Notes: generated by a model not told the origin, from the letters alone. 64,000 nucleotides of DNA from Parcubacteria group bacterium GW2011_GWA1_40_21 (GCA_000996205.1 LBYO01000004.1:4051-68050), one strand, 5' to 3'. Shown: positions 8,831 through 19,146, numbered from the stretch's first letter. Translations and numbers: made by a program.

Positions 8831-10813
8831 TTAGAATGTGCCTTTAGTCAACTGAACAGGGCTGGTGTAGAAGGTGTCAATCCCCCAAGTCTGGTTGGTA
8901 ATAGTTACATCTCCGACGACGCTGTCAATGTTTGCAATAGCGCCGAATAGAGCTTGGCTAGAACCTAGGCTTGAGTTGTTTGAATATATTACACCCGTCA
9001 ATGTTACTGTGTATTCACCGGCATCACCCACTGAAGAATCCGTCGGTGAAGTCTGAATGGTAGGAGTTACAGAAATGGAATTGGCCGCAGTGTAAGCGCC
9101 GTTGGCCGCAGTGGTGGAAGCAAACACAAAAGTGAAGTTTCCTGCTGTCGGCTTAGTCATAGATCCACCATCAGCTTTAGCTTTCAAGACAATCGTAGCT
9201 GTGACAGAGCTTGAAGCGACTCCGACCACACCGGCAGTTCCGTTAGCTGAAGCGCTAACCAATGACCATTTAGGAACGGCTGAATACATATATTGGTCAT
9301 TTCCGGCTATTACGCTTGAAGGTCCGGCATTGCCTGTTGAGCCGTCCGGTTTCTCATAGACAACATCGGCGGCTGTCGCGGCGATGCTTGTGCTAGCCGC
9401 TTGACCGCTAACCGTTGTAGGGAAAGTGGCGCGAACCGTCAAAGTCTTAGTTGCATCCTTGGCAACCGCGACTGTCAAACCGCTGAATGTTATTTTCTCG
9501 GAAGCGTCTGAGCTTGTATCACTGACAGTCTGCGATCCTAGAACGGTGCTGCCATCCAACAATTCAAGTGTTGAAGGCATACCTGTTGTGGTTGTCGCCC
9601 TGACTGTAACTTTTACAGTTGTGATTGTTGCGTTACCTGTCGTGGCTTTGAAATCAATCGCTTGCATTGTAAGATTCTGCACTCCGTCAGTTGAGCTTAC
9701 TTTGCTGTTGTTTGATTTCGGAGTTGAAGCGACATTGGCTGAAGTGGTCAATGTTGAAGCGCCAGCTGAATTAAAGGTGTGTGTTCTGACATTTGCGGCC
9801 GCTGACATATCGGTGTAAGACTGAAGCCCCAAAGTGTCATAAGCTCTTATGTTCTGGCTGTTTCCGGTGTATCCTCTAATCGTCATAACTCTAGCCGTAT
9901 CGCTTGAGCTGATGGAAGCGGTGTTCACTTTGAAAGTCAAAGTTTTCGTCGCGTCTTTTGAAACTTTGAAGTTCATACCCGAGATAATGATGTGGTACAA
10001 GTCGCTTGAATCTTTGTTGAAATCAGATGATGAAAGCGATTTGCTCACAAGAAGAGTGTCGCCGTCATAAGCGCTGATTCCCGTTATAAATGAAGAAGGA
10101 TTCTGGGCAGTGCCTGAAACGGTTACCGCTACTTGCAAATCCGCTCTGTCAACCGTCATATCTGAACCGATAGCCTTAACTTCAATTCCGTACGCAGAGT
10201 AGTTGGTTGAAGTTCGGACATTGGCATTGTCAGCCGGTGTGGCTGAAAGCTTGGTTGTGATCAAACCTTCCGTGCCTCCGACGGTGCTGACTGAGCTTGC
10301 TACTGAAGAAGCGGCTGAGCTTGCTACTGAAGAAACCGAACTCGCGCTTGAAGCTGAAACAGCGTTCAGTGAGGCTCTTGTCGCGGCGTCAACCATACCT
10401 GTGGCTGAAATACCTTTTATTATCTGGTATTTCATAACGGCTGATTTTGTAAGAGCGCCGAAGTATGAAGATTCATTTCCAGGCGAACCGGCTCCGCTTG
10501 AAGCAACTTGCGTTCTTGAGTCCGTATTCAAGGATTTTTGCAAATTCGTTACTTCTGTTCCTCTGCTTCCCACTTTAAGGTCTAGAGTGAAGCTTGAAGT
10601 TGTCGTGTATCCGGATACAGCGGCTCTCGCTTGAGCGGCTTTGTCTGAAGAAATAATTCCGAGGCTGATAAAGAGCTCAACCAATTGGCTTAGGGAGACT
10701 CCCTGAGCGTTAGCGGATGTAGCTCCGATTCCCACAAAAAGAGAAAGAGCCATAGTGAAACCTACAACTCCCGCAACTATTTTTGCAGTTTTTGATTTTG
10801 TAAAATAACTCAT
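8831..10813 (-). CDS. S-layer-like surface protein with peptidoglycan-binding domain
   Basis: Signal peptide; [38 protein letters not shown] (PG_binding_1-like); Ser/Thr-rich beta-sandwich region. Confidence 0.75.
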   Translation of the reverse strand: MSYFTKSKTAKIVAGVVGFTMALSLFVGIGATSANAQGVSLSQLVELFISLGIISSDKAAQARAAVSGYTTTSSFTLDLKVGSRGTEVTNLQKSLNTDSRTQVASSGAGSPGNESSYFGALTKSAVMKYQIIKGISATGMVDAATRASLNAVSASSASSVSSVASSAASSVASSVSTVGGTEGLITTKLSATPADNANVRTSTNYSAYGIEVKAIGSDMTVDRADLQVAVTVSGTAQNPSSFITGISAYDGDTLLVSKSLSSSDFNKDSSDLYHIIISGMNFKVSKDATKTLTFKVNTASISSSDTARVMTIRGYTGNSQNIRAYDTLGLQSYTDMSAAANVRTHTFNSAGASTLTTSANVASTPKSNNSKVSSTDGVQNLTMQAIDFKATTGNATITTVKVTVRATTTTGMPSTLELLDGSTVLGSQTVSDTSSDASEKITFSGLTVAVAKDATKTLTVRATFPTTVSGQAASTSIAATAADVVYEKPDGSTGNAGPSSVIAGNDQYMYSAVPKWSLVSASANGTAGVVGVASSSVTATIVLKAKADGGSMTKPTAGNFTFVFASTTAANGAYTAANSISVTPTIQTSPTDSSVGDAGEYTVTLTGVIYSNNSSLGSSQALFGAIANIDSVVGDVTITNQTWGIDTFYTSPVQLTKGTF

Positions 10814-11437
10814 AATTTTTAATGCTAATTTTCTTTATAATTTCTTTTCAGCTTACTTATAAAACTAATAATTTTAGAAAAGAAATTATTTTTGGCTAAA
10901 ACATTTTTAAAATGTTCGCCTGAACGCGATTGATTCCAACGACTTCGCGACCTGACTTAACTACTTAACTGACTGTTTAAAACGATTGGAAACTTTTTAC
11001 AGTTCCCTTTCGCGTTCTATCACCAAACCAGCTATCTTATATTTTTGCGGGCATTTATTTGCCGGCAAGATCGACACAAGATTGGCTGGCTTAGCTAACT
11101 AAATTTGATCTGACAATCTGCCATTGGCTAACAACAATCCGAAATAAGACTTTCAGAAAAACTAAAATTCTCTATTTAATTTTCAACGACCTTATTCTTA
11201 ACTTTCTTACTGAAAAATTTACTTACTTTTTTATTCCGTGCTTTGATAATTACTTTAAAAAATAATTATCAATCGTAAGTATAATCCCTATCTAATAGTT
11301 CTGCAAAATGAAATCTGTGGATAACTGCCGAATCGGCTTTTTAAGCCTTGTTTTCAGCCTTTGAAGCCGTATTTTGACAGAATTATCCATCAGTTCATAA
11401 TAATTGCAAAAATATGAAGAAAAGTCAATCGGCAGAA

Positions 11438-11723
11438 GGTTTTAGGTGGTAGGTGGTAGGGATTAGGTTGTGGGTGGTAGGTTGTAGGTGGTAGGTTTTT
11501 AGCTTCTTAGTGAAGAGGTTAGGAAGATAGAAAAATAGAAAATTTTCGTCACCTCTGTCATTCCCGTGAAGACGGGAATCTAGGGTATTTCTTGCTGACT
11601 CTGGATTCCCGCCGGAGCCTGCCCTCCGTGAAGACGGTGAGGCGGGAATGACAGAAGGAACTAAATAACCTACCGTTCCATCTTTTCCGTCCTACAACCT
11701 ACTACCTAAAACCTACAACCTAG
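11438..11723. repeat. Paired heptamer arms (AGGTGGT/AGGTTGT ... ACAACCT) enclosing a dRS3-like element
   Basis: G-rich arm 11438-11523; C-rich arm 11690-11723. Confidence 0.75.
11555..11654. repeat. ATTCCC-N8-GGGAAT (dRS3/REP-like) composite inverted element
   Basis: ctgtcattcccgtgaagacgggaatc ... gattcccg ... cgggaatgacag; related copies at 12780-12949 and 62101-62128. Confidence 0.75.
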
Positions 11724-11736
11724 TCCTCACTGTCCT

Positions 11737-12597
11737 TTACGAAGCCAGAGAATACTTGCTCCATCTTCTTTCGCCTTCTTTCTTAAGGACACCTTTATCA
11801 ACCAAACTTAACAGCTCTCTTTGAATCGTCTTCTCACTGCAATCCGAAACTATACTTGAAACATCTTTTACGCTAATTTCTTTAGTCTTTTTCAAGAGAT
11901 TTATTATAACTTCATACCTTTTATTTTTGTCCTTAATAGTATGTCCTTTAATAAAGGACATACTCACCTTTTCTTCTTTATTATTGTCCTTTATCGGGAA
12001 ATGTCCTTTAAGTGAATTTGCTTCAAGAGCAGTCTCCTTGCCTGAATTTTGTTCAATCGTTTTTCTAATGTCCTTTTCATTTAAAATGGTGTCTGTCTGC
12101 GCCAATTTGCTGCGGCTGTCGGAATAATCTTCGGACGTTTCAAAAAAATTTTTTGATAACAGAAACTTGGAGTTCAAACCTCTTTCTTTTAATTCAACCA
12201 ATTCAACGATTCTTTCAATCTCGAACTTTATAATTTCGCAATTCATAGGAGAAAAGATTCCTGAAATATTCGCGGCTTCAAGCAAAGAAATAATCTCAAA
12301 AGAGGCGGAGATGAAATTATTCATCGCGTCGGCGCGATAGCGATGTCCTTGATTGGAGGATAAATTTATACTATAAGACAACAGGCGGGTTGAGGTCTCT
12401 CTCATCTTCCACCTGATCGGCTCATTGTCCGATAGAAAACCGGTGATTAGATAAATTGCCGAGACCAGTCTTTCTGTCTTTTTGAAGATGAAAGCAACCT
12501 GCGTGTCATTTTGAAAAATACTCACAGTCTTCAAATTAAGCTTGCTGTAGCTTGCTTGATTTTCTATCTCTTTATTTTTATTGTTTTTATCATCCAT
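11737..12597 (-). CDS. Putative DNA-binding protein: N-terminal four-helix-bundle-like domain + C-terminal DeoR-type winged HTH
   Basis: C-terminus IINLLKKTKEISVKDVSSIVSDCSEKTIQRELLSLVDKGVLKKEG is wHTH-like; N-terminus KKTERLVSAIYLITGFLSDNEPIR resembles four-helix-bundle (IVP/Avd-like) proteins. Confidence 0.7.
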   Translation of the reverse strand: MDDKNNKNKEIENQASYSKLNLKTVSIFQNDTQVAFIFKKTERLVSAIYLITGFLSDNEPIRWKMRETSTRLLSYSINLSSNQGHRYRADAMNNFISASFEIISLLEAANISGIFSPMNCEIIKFEIERIVELVELKERGLNSKFLLSKNFFETSEDYSDSRSKLAQTDTILNEKDIRKTIEQNSGKETALEANSLKGHFPIKDNNKEEKVSMSFIKGHTIKDKNKRYEVIINLLKKTKEISVKDVSSIVSDCSEKTIQRELLSLVDKGVLKKEGERRWSKYSLAS

Positions 12598-12733
12598 ATT
12601 GTCTTTTTAAGAAAAATAGTGTCTTTTAATTGTCCGTTAAGGCCTTTTCGCACTCTTGAAGTGTCTTATTAAAAACCGCTCTTCGCGCAAGTTCCACTAA
12701 CCTATTTAATGTCCATTATATATCGGACATTAA
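11928..12733. repeat. Array of ~14 TGTC(C/T)NTTA-like motifs within and upstream of the HTH gene
   Basis: Copies at 11928, 11942, 11952(rc), 11985, 12002, 12069, 12344, 12426, 12600, 12620, 12631, 12662, 12710, 12721(rc). Confidence 0.65.
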
Positions 12734-12779
12734 AGAAGTGTAAAGACGAAATCGGCATTGGAAAATAAAATTTACACTT

Positions 12780-12949
12780 TGTCATTACCGTGAAAACGGG
12801 ATTCTAGACATCTGCCTCTAGAAATTAAATTATTTTTTCTGCTATAATGTTTCAGGTAGTAGGGATTAGGTTGTAGGTGTTAGATATAATACGAATCTGG
12901 ATTCCCGCCGGAGTCTATCCCGAATCTTGCTTCGGGACGGGAATGACAG
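12780..12949. repeat. Split dRS3/REP-like element bracketing the putative ftsK -10 box
   Basis: tgtcattaccgtgaaaacgggattc ... tgctataat ... ctggattcccg ... cgggaatgacag. Confidence 0.6.
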
Positions 12950-12966
12950 AGAAGGAAAACTAAAAA

Positions 12967-15204
12967 ATGGCGAAAAAATATAAAAAAGAAACAAAAGAAG
13001 ATGATAAGAAAAATGATAGCGACGGCATTTTGAGCCAGTTGAGCGATGAGACGAAGCAAGCCGTGTTCGGGATAATTTTTTTTGTTTTGGCAGTACTTTC
13101 AATACTGGCGTCTTTTCATAAGTCCGGCATGGTCGGCAATAAAATCTACGACATATCAGCGCGGCTTTTGGGCGTAGGGTACTTTCTCATTCCCCTTCTT
13201 TTCTTGCTCCTTGGAATTTCTTTCTTGAGAGCAAAAAAGAGAGAGCTCAACTGGCTTAAAATTTCCGGAATAATAATTTTCTTTATTTCAGGACTTGGAG
13301 CTATCGGAGTGATTTGGACAAAAAAAGGAGGGGTCATCGGCAATGTCATTTCTTCCCCGCTCATAAAATTATTTGACTTCTATACAAGCATCATCATACT
13401 GATCGCGCTTCTCGCGATATCATCTCTCGTAATTTTTGAAACTAAGCTCAACGCCGATTCTTTCGCGTCGCTCATCAAATTGTTCCGAAAAAAGGACGCG
13501 GGTGAAGATAACAATGAAGAAGTGAAAATAATAAACGGGAACGATGACGGCAAAACGGAAGATGCCAGAGAGAAAGAAAAAGAAAACGAAGATAAAATGG
13601 AAAAAAAATCAAAATCCAAGACAGACAAGACGAAAGAAAAAGAAGAGGACGGAGAATTTTCCATCAAAACAAAACGAATTGCTTACGGAAAATCATACGC
13701 TCCTCCGCCACTTTCGCTTTTGGACAGAGACAGCGGCAAGCCGGAAGTCGGCGACATCAAAGCTAACGCCAACATCATAAAGAGAACGCTACTGAAGTTT
13801 GGGATTGACGTGGAAATGGATGAGATATCAATAGGACCTTCCGTCACAAGATATTCCCTCAAGCCCGCCGAGGGCATCAAGGTTTCCCGCATCGTAGCTC
13901 TTCAAAATGACCTCGCTTTGGCACTTGCCGCTCACCCGATAAGGATAGAAGCTCCCATTCCCGGGAAATCTCTGGTGGGCATAGAGATACCGAACAGCGT
14001 CAAAACCACAGTCGGCTTGGGCACGATTTTGGCGAGCGATGAATATCAGCTATCCGGCAAACCGCTTCTAGTATCTCTTGGCAAAAGCATTCCAGGCAAA
14101 TGTTATTTCGGCAATATGGAAAAGATGCCCCACCTTCTTATAGCCGGAGCCACAGGCTCCGGCAAGTCGGTGACAATTCATTCCATAATCACATCTCTCT
14201 TATTTAGGAATTCTCCGGAGCATATGAAATTTATGATGATTGACCCGAAAAGAGTTGAATTGACTTTATATAATAAAATCCCGCACCTTCTCACGCCGGT
14301 AATCACCGACCCGAAGAAAGCAATTCTAGCACTCAAATGGGCGGCAAAAGAAATGGATAGGCGTTATGACATTCTTGAAGCGGAAAAAGTCAGAGATATT
14401 GAGTCTTATCATCAAAACATACTGGGAAGCGGGAAAATCGTGAACGATAAAAAAGACGGGAACGGCGAGGAAGAAACCATTGAAACAATGCCTTATATCA
14501 TAATCGTAATAGACGAGCTGGCCGACATTATGCAGTCTTATCCGCGCGAGCTGGAATCGGCAATCGTAAGACTCGCGCAGATGAGCCGAGCGGTCGGTAT
14601 CCACCTTATTCTTTCCACCCAAAGGCCATCGGTGAATGTCATTACCGGACTTATCAAAGCGAACATTCCGGCAAGAATCGCACTCCAGGTGGCTTCGCAA
14701 ATTGACTCAAGGACAATCCTTGATACAGGCGGGGCGGAAAAGCTTCTAGGTGCCGGCGATATGCTCTACATCGGCGCGGAAATGTCCAAACCAGTAAGAC
14801 TTCAATCCCCTTTCATATCAGAAACGGAAGTTAAAAAAGTTGTTAAATACCTGACCGACGCTTATAAGAATGAGATTCCGAGCGGGATAAACTTCACCGA
14901 AAATAACGAGAAGAACATCGCTTTTGACGCGATGTTTGAAAACGAAAGTATGGAAGACGAAGATGAACTTTACGAAAAAGCCAAAGAAGAAGTTTTAAAA
15001 GCCGGCAGGGGTTCAACGTCTTACCTGCAAAGAAGACTGGGGGTCGGATATTCGCGCGCCGCGAAACTGATAGACATCTTGGAAGAAAAAGGCGTGATAG
15101 GCCCGCCGAACGGATCAAAGCCCCGCGAGGTGATTGGCGGCAAAGACAATGCTGAACAATTGGCGAAAATCGGCGGTGATTTGCCCGACAATAATCCAAT
15201 ATGA
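12967..15204 (+). CDS. ftsK: DNA translocase FtsK
   Basis: 4 N-terminal TMs, Walker A GATGSGKS, IDELADIM, TQRPSV, and gamma domain STSYLQRRLGVGYSRAAKLID. Confidence 0.97.
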   Translation: MAKKYKKETKEDDKKNDSDGILSQLSDETKQAVFGIIFFVLAVLSILASFHKSGMVGNKIYDISARLLGVGYFLIPLLFLLLGISFLRAKKRELNWLKISGIIIFFISGLGAIGVIWTKKGGVIGNVISSPLIKLFDFYTSIIILIALLAISSLVIFETKLNADSFASLIKLFRKKDAGEDNNEEVKIINGNDDGKTEDAREKEKENEDKMEKKSKSKTDKTKEKEEDGEFSIKTKRIAYGKSYAPPPLSLLDRDSGKPEVGDIKANANIIKRTLLKFGIDVEMDEISIGPSVTRYSLKPAEGIKVSRIVALQNDLALALAAHPIRIEAPIPGKSLVGIEIPNSVKTTVGLGTILASDEYQLSGKPLLVSLGKSIPGKCYFGNMEKMPHLLIAGATGSGKSVTIHSIITSLLFRNSPEHMKFMMIDPKRVELTLYNKIPHLLTPVITDPKKAILALKWAAKEMDRRYDILEAEKVRDIESYHQNILGSGKIVNDKKDGNGEEETIETMPYIIIVIDELADIMQSYPRELESAIVRLAQMSRAVGIHLILSTQRPSVNVITGLIKANIPARIALQVASQIDSRTILDTGGAEKLLGAGDMLYIGAEMSKPVRLQSPFISETEVKKVVKYLTDAYKNEIPSGINFTENNEKNIAFDAMFENESMEDEDELYEKAKEEVLKAGRGSTSYLQRRLGVGYSRAAKLIDILEEKGVIGPPNGSKPREVIGGKDNAEQLAKIGGDLPDNNPI

Positions 15205-15551
15205 GCAGAAGAAAATTAAAATTATCCGTTAAAATATTTCTAGGGTCGTTGTTTCTTTTTTTAATCTTAGGCTATTCTTTTTATCAATCAAGAAGCCTTA
15301 TCACGGGACCTTTGATAACAATAAATGAACCTGAAAACGGATCCACTGTCACGCGGCAATTGGTGACTATAGCCGGCGCCGCCAAAAATATAAATAAAAT
15401 AACCTTGGACGACAGACCGATATATGTTGACGAGGCTGGCGTTTTCAGTGAGAAATTGCTGTTGTCGGAAGGCTATAATATAATTAAAATAAGCGCGTGG
15501 GACAAATTCAGCAAAAAAACGGAGAAGACGATTGAGCTTGTCTATCGGTAG
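15201..15551 (+). CDS. Small membrane-anchored Ig-like protein
   Basis: TM followed by GPLITINEPENG..LLLSEGYNIIKISA; overlaps the ftsK stop (ATGA). Confidence 0.7.
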   Translation: MSRRKLKLSVKIFLGSLFLFLILGYSFYQSRSLITGPLITINEPENGSTVTRQLVTIAGAAKNINKITLDDRPIYVDEAGVFSEKLLLSEGYNIIKISAWDKFSKKTEKTIELVYR

Positions 15552-15780
15552 AAGGTTGTAGCTTATTAGTGGAGAAAGGAATATAGCTTTTTAGCTTGTA
15601 GCTTGTTAGGGAAGATTGAAGATTGGGGAAATAGCTTTTTAGCTTGTAGCTGTTTAGGAAAAATTAAGAGTATAATAGTAGAAAGCTGATAATGATAAAT
15701 TAATAATTAAATAGAGAAAGTGGCTGTTTAGGTAAGATTCAGTCCTAACAAGCTATCTGACTACAAGCTAAAAAGCTAAA
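15548..15780. repeat. Paired heptamer arms (AGCTTGT/AGCTTTT ... ACAAGCT/AAAAGCT)
   Basis: Between the Ig-like gene stop and the recA start; same type at 16813-16900, 17797-17862, 35394-35480 and 46459-46542. Confidence 0.75.
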
Positions 15781-15787
15781 TAAAACT

Positions 15788-16804
15788 ATGATGAAAAAAG
15801 AAAAAAAGGAAATTGCGCCTAAGGCGACTTCAGCGAACATAGAGGATACCTTGCAGGCGATAAAAACAAAATTCGGAGAGGATTCTATTATGAAGCTCGG
15901 TGATAAGCCGAAAGTGAATATTAATGCCATATCCACCGGCTCAATCGGGCTAGACGCGGCGCTGGGAATCGGCGGGCTTCCCCGCGGAAGAATTGTTGAA
16001 ATTTTCGGTCCGGAATCTTCCGGAAAAACAACGCTATCGCTTCATGTAATCGCCGAGGCTCAGAAGCTCGGCGGAATTTGCGCTTTCATAGACGCCGAAC
16101 ACGCGATGGATCCCGAATATTCAAAAAGGCTTGGCGTAAAAATAGACGAGCTTTTGATTTCTCAGCCTGACACCGGAGAACAGGCGCTTGAGATAGTGGA
16201 CAGCTTGGTGCGGTCGGGAAAAATTGATGTCATTGTGATTGACTCGGTGGCGGCGCTTACACCGAAAGACGAGATTGAGGGCGATATGGGAGCATATCAT
16301 GTCGGCAAGCAGGCCCGCCTTATGTCCCAAGCCTTGAGAAAGCTTACTGCCATAGTCGCTAAAAGCAAAACTATCGTAATTTTCATCAATCAAATAAGAA
16401 TGCAGATAGGAGTGATGTTCGGCAATCCGGAGACAACCCCGGGAGGCAAAGCTTTAAAATTCTACACTTCCGTCCGACTGGATATAAGAAGAATAGCCCA
16501 GATTAAAAAAGGCGAAGAGATTATGGGCGGAAGGATAAGAGTCAAAGTTGTGAAAAACAAAGTCGCTCCCCCATTCAAGCAGACGGAGTTTGATCTTATG
16601 TATAACGAAGGAATTTCGCGTGAAGGAGAAATAATCGCTCTAGGCGAAAAGATGGGGATAGTCAAAAAAACCGGCAACTCCTACAGTTTCGGCGAGGAAA
16701 AACTGGGCCGTGGCTACGATGCCACTCGCCAATTCCTGAAAGAAAACGAGAAAATCACAAATAAAATTTTGGAAGAAATAAAAGCTAAGCTTAAGGAAAT
16801 CTAA
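15788..16804 (+). CDS. recA: Recombinase RecA
   Basis: [15 protein letters not shown] and GGKALKFY motifs. Confidence 0.99.
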   Translation: MMKKEKKEIAPKATSANIEDTLQAIKTKFGEDSIMKLGDKPKVNINAISTGSIGLDAALGIGGLPRGRIVEIFGPESSGKTTLSLHVIAEAQKLGGICAFIDAEHAMDPEYSKRLGVKIDELLISQPDTGEQALEIVDSLVRSGKIDVIVIDSVAALTPKDEIEGDMGAYHVGKQARLMSQALRKLTAIVAKSKTIVIFINQIRMQIGVMFGNPETTPGGKALKFYTSVRLDIRRIAQIKKGEEIMGGRIRVKVVKNKVAPPFKQTEFDLMYNEGISREGEIIALGEKMGIVKKTGNSYSFGEEKLGRGYDATRQFLKENEKITNKILEEIKAKLKEI

Positions 16805-16909
16805 TTAGCAAAATAGCTTTTTAGCTTGTAGCTTGTTAGTAAGATAGTGATGACAAACTTTCTTCCTAAAAAGCTAAACAGCTACAAGCTACTAACCTAA
16901 ACAAAAAAT

Positions 16910-17470
16910 ATGCTTGAATACAACGAAATAGTGGAAAGAAAATTTATCATTCTTGACGGAGTGCCTTACGAGGTCGTGAGTTCCCACGTCTTCAGAAAAC
17001 AACAGAGAAAGCCGGTCAACGCTACGAAGCTCAGAAATCTTCTGACTGGAAAAATTACGGAGAGATCGTTCCATCAATCCGAGAAAGTTGAAGAAGCGGA
17101 AATCATATCAAGAGAAATAAAATATCTTTATACCAATAAGGGTGAGTACTGGTTTTCCGAAATAAATGATCCGAGCAAAAGATTCAAGCTTGAAACGGAA
17201 ATGGTAGGTCATCAAGGTAAATTTCTAAAACAGAATTCCGTTGTCAAAGCTTTGGTGTTCAACGAAAATATTATCGGACTTAAAGTTCCTATAAAAGTTG
17301 AACTTAAAGTCACCGAAGCGCCACCGGCTGTCAAAGGAGATACCGTGACGGGTGGCACAAAACAAATCACCTTGGAAACGGGTGCTGTCATCAACGCCCC
17401 CCTGTTTGTGAACGAAGGCGATGTGATAAGAGTCAATACAGAAACAGAAGAATACGCGGAAAGGGTTTAA
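16910..17470 (+). CDS. efp: Elongation factor P
   Basis: KLRNLLTG, PAVKGDT, LETGAVINAPLFVNEGD. Confidence 0.95.
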   Translation: MLEYNEIVERKFIILDGVPYEVVSSHVFRKQQRKPVNATKLRNLLTGKITERSFHQSEKVEEAEIISREIKYLYTNKGEYWFSEINDPSKRFKLETEMVGHQGKFLKQNSVVKALVFNENIIGLKVPIKVELKVTEAPPAVKGDTVTGGTKQITLETGAVINAPLFVNEGDVIRVNTETEEYAERV

Positions 17471-17582
17471 GAAGTTATAAAGTAGAAAGTTATCAATTTC
17501 ATAAAGTTAAAACGGGAAGTAAAAAAAGAATTTATCTTTACTTTATAACTTTATAACTTTATAACTTTATAAACTTTCAACT
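17468..17582. repeat. Paired heptamer-like arms (AAAGTTAT ... ACTTTAT) between convergent efp and rpsR
   Basis: actttata run on the right and complementary arm on the left; same type at 44219-44397 and 52965-53072. Confidence 0.7.
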
Positions 17583-17584
17583 AT

Positions 17585-17785
17585 TTATCTGGCTACATAG
17601 GGCAAGAGAGCCATAAATCTGGCGCGCTTCACGGACATAGCAAGCTTCCTCTGATTTTTAGCAGTTACGCAGGTCTTCTTTTTGGATATTATTCTGGCGT
17701 GCGGATTTAAAAACTTTTTTAGAATCTCCGTGTCTTTATAATCTATATGATTGATATTATTTTGTGAAAAAAAGCATTGTTTCAT
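17585..17785 (-). CDS. rpsR: 30S ribosomal protein S18
   Basis: IDYKDTEILKKFL, QRKLAMSVKRARFMALLPY. Confidence 0.95.
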   Translation of the reverse strand: MKQCFFSQNNINHIDYKDTEILKKFLNPHARIISKKKTCVTAKNQRKLAMSVKRARFMALLPYVAR

Positions 17786-17884
17786 AAGTTTAATTTTTTA
17801 GATTAGTAGCTTATTAGCTTCTTAGCTCATTCAAATTTCTTTCCTAAAAAGCTACAAGCTACTCTCCTGATTATTTCATTATTA

Positions 17885-18367
17885 TTAAAATGGGATGTCT
17901 TCCGGATTTATTTCTTCTTGAGGATACTCGATAGTATCAAGGTTTTCCGCTTTATTCAAGCTTTCTCCTTTATTAGCTGGTGATTGCCCCGATCCTGCTT
18001 GGCTGAAATTACCCGCGCCGGCTGGGGCTCCGAATCCGCCGGGTCTTGGACCAAACTGAACGCTGTCGGCGACAATTTCCGTCCTGTATTTCTTGGTGCC
18101 GTCTTGAGCATCCCAGCTTCTCGTCTGCATTCTTCCTTCAACCAAAGCATTTGATCCTTTTTTGAGATATTGAGCGGAAGTTTCCGCCTGTCTTCCGAAG
18201 ACAACTATATTATGAAAGTCCACACTCTCCTGCTTTGCCCCGTCTTTGTTTTTCCAAACTCTGTTCGTGGCAAGAGAAAATGTCGTCACTTTTATCCCCG
18301 AAGGAAGAGATTTTATTTCTGGGTCCCTCGTCAGATTGCCTATTACAAAAGCTTTGTTCAAATACAT
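17885..18367 (-). CDS. ssb: Single-stranded DNA-binding protein
   Basis: NKAFVIGNLTRDPE and C-terminal DIPF. Confidence 0.97.
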   Translation of the reverse strand: MYLNKAFVIGNLTRDPEIKSLPSGIKVTTFSLATNRVWKNKDGAKQESVDFHNIVVFGRQAETSAQYLKKGSNALVEGRMQTRSWDAQDGTKKYRTEIVADSVQFGPRPGGFGAPAGAGNFSQAGSGQSPANKGESLNKAENLDTIEYPQEEINPEDIPF

Positions 18368-18372
18368 AAAAA

Positions 18373-18885
18373 TTACTCCGCTATTAGCTTATCAATGGTC
18401 TTGTCTAATTCTTCTTGCGAAATTGGGGATTTGATTTCTTTTTCCGCTGAATCTTTTTTCACCGCCCTTATCTCCTCTTTGACTAAAACAGCAACGGGTA
18501 TTTTAGGAGAAAACAAAGTGTTTTCTCTAACGGTTTTTATCAAAAGAAACCTTAATATATTTTCATTTTCGTCAAGAAACTTCTTTATTTTGGCTATGGA
18601 CGCCTCTCCAACGTCAAATTTAATCCAGCCGAAATATGCGGTATCAAAATTTCGCTTTGCCCCGCCTACGGTTTTCTTGATAGAGTAAGCGAGTTCGCGC
18701 ATTTTAGGAAGTTCTTCCGATATGATTGAGGCTCCCTCTTTCACAAGAAAATTTTTAATATTTTCAACTTCATTGGGAAGATTCTCTATAGAAACATCGG
18801 ACACGATATGATAACCGACTTCATACACCTGAAGATTGTTCCCTTCTTTTTCTTGCTTATTCTCTTTCTCTGCTTTTTTTTCCAT
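18373..18885 (-). CDS. rpsF: 30S ribosomal protein S6 with acidic C-terminal extension
   Basis: YEVGYHI, ELAYSIKK, ILRFLLIK; rpsF-ssb-rpsR order; ATG at 18885 follows a TAATCT -10 box. Confidence 0.9.
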   Translation of the reverse strand: MEKKAEKENKQEKEGNNLQVYEVGYHIVSDVSIENLPNEVENIKNFLVKEGASIISEELPKMRELAYSIKKTVGGAKRNFDTAYFGWIKFDVGEASIAKIKKFLDENENILRFLLIKTVRENTLFSPKIPVAVLVKEEIRAVKKDSAEKEIKSPISQEELDKTIDKLIAE

Positions 18886-18994
18886 ATCGGACAGATTAAC
18901 ACAGGAGGCAAGCCAATGCAAGGATTAGTTTATGGTTTATAGGGACTAGGTTATAGATTTTAGAAAAGAGAAATCAATATCAATTTCTAATTAA

Positions 18995-19106
18995 ATAGGA
19001 CATACGCACTTGACCAGTTTTTATTAAAAATCTTACAAAATACGGCTCAAAACCCCTTTATTTTGTAGGGAAAATGATTAAACTTAACCAAGTGCGTAAG
19101 TCCTAT
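18995..19106. mobile_element. MITE-like element M2 (112 bp) nested inside heptamer arms
   Basis: 18-bp TIRs ataggacatacgcacttg / caagtgcgtaagtcctat (1 mismatch). Confidence 0.6.
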
Positions 19107-19146
19107 AAATCCTGATTCCTAAAACCTAATCACTAGCCACTAATCA

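Noticed and set aside
10814-11270. Known riboswitch (e.g. cobalamin, c-di-GMP) in the long leader
   Set aside because: I could not recognise any consensus boxes by eye, so it is kept only as an unclassified structured leader.
11317-11391. DnaA box TGTGGATAA plus a near match, suggesting oriC
   Set aside because: Only one perfect box, with no dnaA/dnaN nearby and no change in gene-strand bias across the site.
11737-12597. Avd-like domain as evidence of a diversity-generating retroelement
   Set aside because: No reverse transcriptase and no TR/VR pair differing at adenines is visible in the window.
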